57,222 nucleotides of DNA from an uncultured Gammaproteobacteria bacterium (GTDB lineage: Bacteria; Patescibacteriota; Patescibacteriia; Magasanikbacterales; JBBTXJ01): the NCBI GenBank assembly GCA_964610305.1, contig CAZSVL010000001.1:174781-232002 (forward strand), in the 5' to 3' direction. Within the stretch, counting starts at the first letter, position 1, and each line of letters begins with the position of its first letter. The position numbers were made by a program, and so were the translations under genes. Below, in pieces: positions 56,741 through 57,222 of this stretch. The notes beneath the pieces were generated by a model, which was not told the origin of the DNA, made no database searches, and was given only the letters and a program-made list of their open reading frames with translations.

Positions 56741-57178
56741 TTATTCTATACCGTCCTGCGTCAGCTTGTGTGGTCCAGCCAGCTTTTCTCCCACATCTCC
56801 CTCAAGTGAGAACTCTAGGCTATAGCTACTTCCGTCAGAAACGTATCGGTACGGCACACCTCCTGGCGTTGGGTTGGCGGGAACGCGCAGCAAATACTCG
56901 CTCTCACACCCTGCAGCCGCCCATCCTTGCGCTTGCAAACAGGCAAAGTTGTCTTCTCCCAAAACTACGCCATCTGCTGCCATTGGATACTTGTTGAAAT
57001 CTCCAAAAAACAACTCAAGGGCAACCTGAACCTCTCTTACATCCTCCAGCCGAGCTGCGTCTCTGGCTTGCTCTCGAGCATTTCCAATTGCAATAAGCGC
57101 AAGCGTAGAGAGTAGCCCTAATATAGCAATAACCACAATGAGCTCAAACAGGTGTATTTTTTTTGGTTGGTCGGACAT
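56741..57178 (-). CDS. GspG/PilA-like pilin with atypical leader
   Basis: FELIVVIAILGLL...ARDAARLEDVREVQVALELFF..YP; no Gly before the hydrophobic segment. Confidence 0.8.
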   Translation of the reverse strand: MSDQPKKIHLFELIVVIAILGLLSTLALIAIGNAREQARDAARLEDVREVQVALELFFGDFNKYPMAADGVVLGEDNFACLQAQGWAAAGCESEYLLRVPANPTPGGVPYRYVSDGSSYSLEFSLEGDVGEKLAGPHKLTQDGIE

Positions 57179-57186
57179 AAATATAG

Positions 57187-57222
57187 GTAACAAGTAACAA
57201 GTAACAAGTAACAAGTAACAAG
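57187..57222. repeat. (GTAACAA)n heptamer tandem repeat, at least 5 copies, runs off the window
   Basis: Five exact copies at 57187-57221. Confidence 0.95.

Noticed and set aside
1-57222. Alternative genetic code (UGA=Gly)
   Set aside because: Well-defined genes end at TGA at expected C-termini (e.g. OmpA domain at 16381) and long genes are uninterrupted in the standard code

Overview
Bacterial chromosomal window read in the standard code (TGA is used as a stop). Gene content and style (type IV pilin cluster, DUF5667 protein, SD-poor housekeeping genes, a serine recombinase running into a tRNA) point to Patescibacteria/CPR; this is inference. Left to right: patatin/DoxX/histidine kinase behind a type IV pilus operon (pilins, PilC-SH3, PilB, receiver protein, prepilin peptidase); M23 peptidase; a GC-richer, SD-led island (coiled-coil protein, PspA/IM30, SBP-OmpA fusion, ABC permease and ATPase, 2-TM helical protein, AAA ATPase); ABC-2 exporter; second PilB; tag; copper locus; a 1697-aa Cys-rich surface protein; a ~6 kb element integrated at tRNA-Asn; rpoD-dnaG; tRNA-Ser with two downstream tRNA-end repeats; NlpC/P60, lgt, tandem LOG, gatA/gatC; small orphan genes; ligA; a pilin. 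Best leads: (1) the PspA + SBP-OmpA/ABC + AAA island, a candidate membrane-remodelling system; (2) the tRNA-Ser repeats, each with an 82-nt covarying insert at the same T-loop position; (3) the tRNA-Asn element, whose integrase C-terminus is split by its att site and which carries a TerS-like gene, hidden small ORFs and a switch-like structured leader RNA. All family assignments are by motif recognition, with no database searches.
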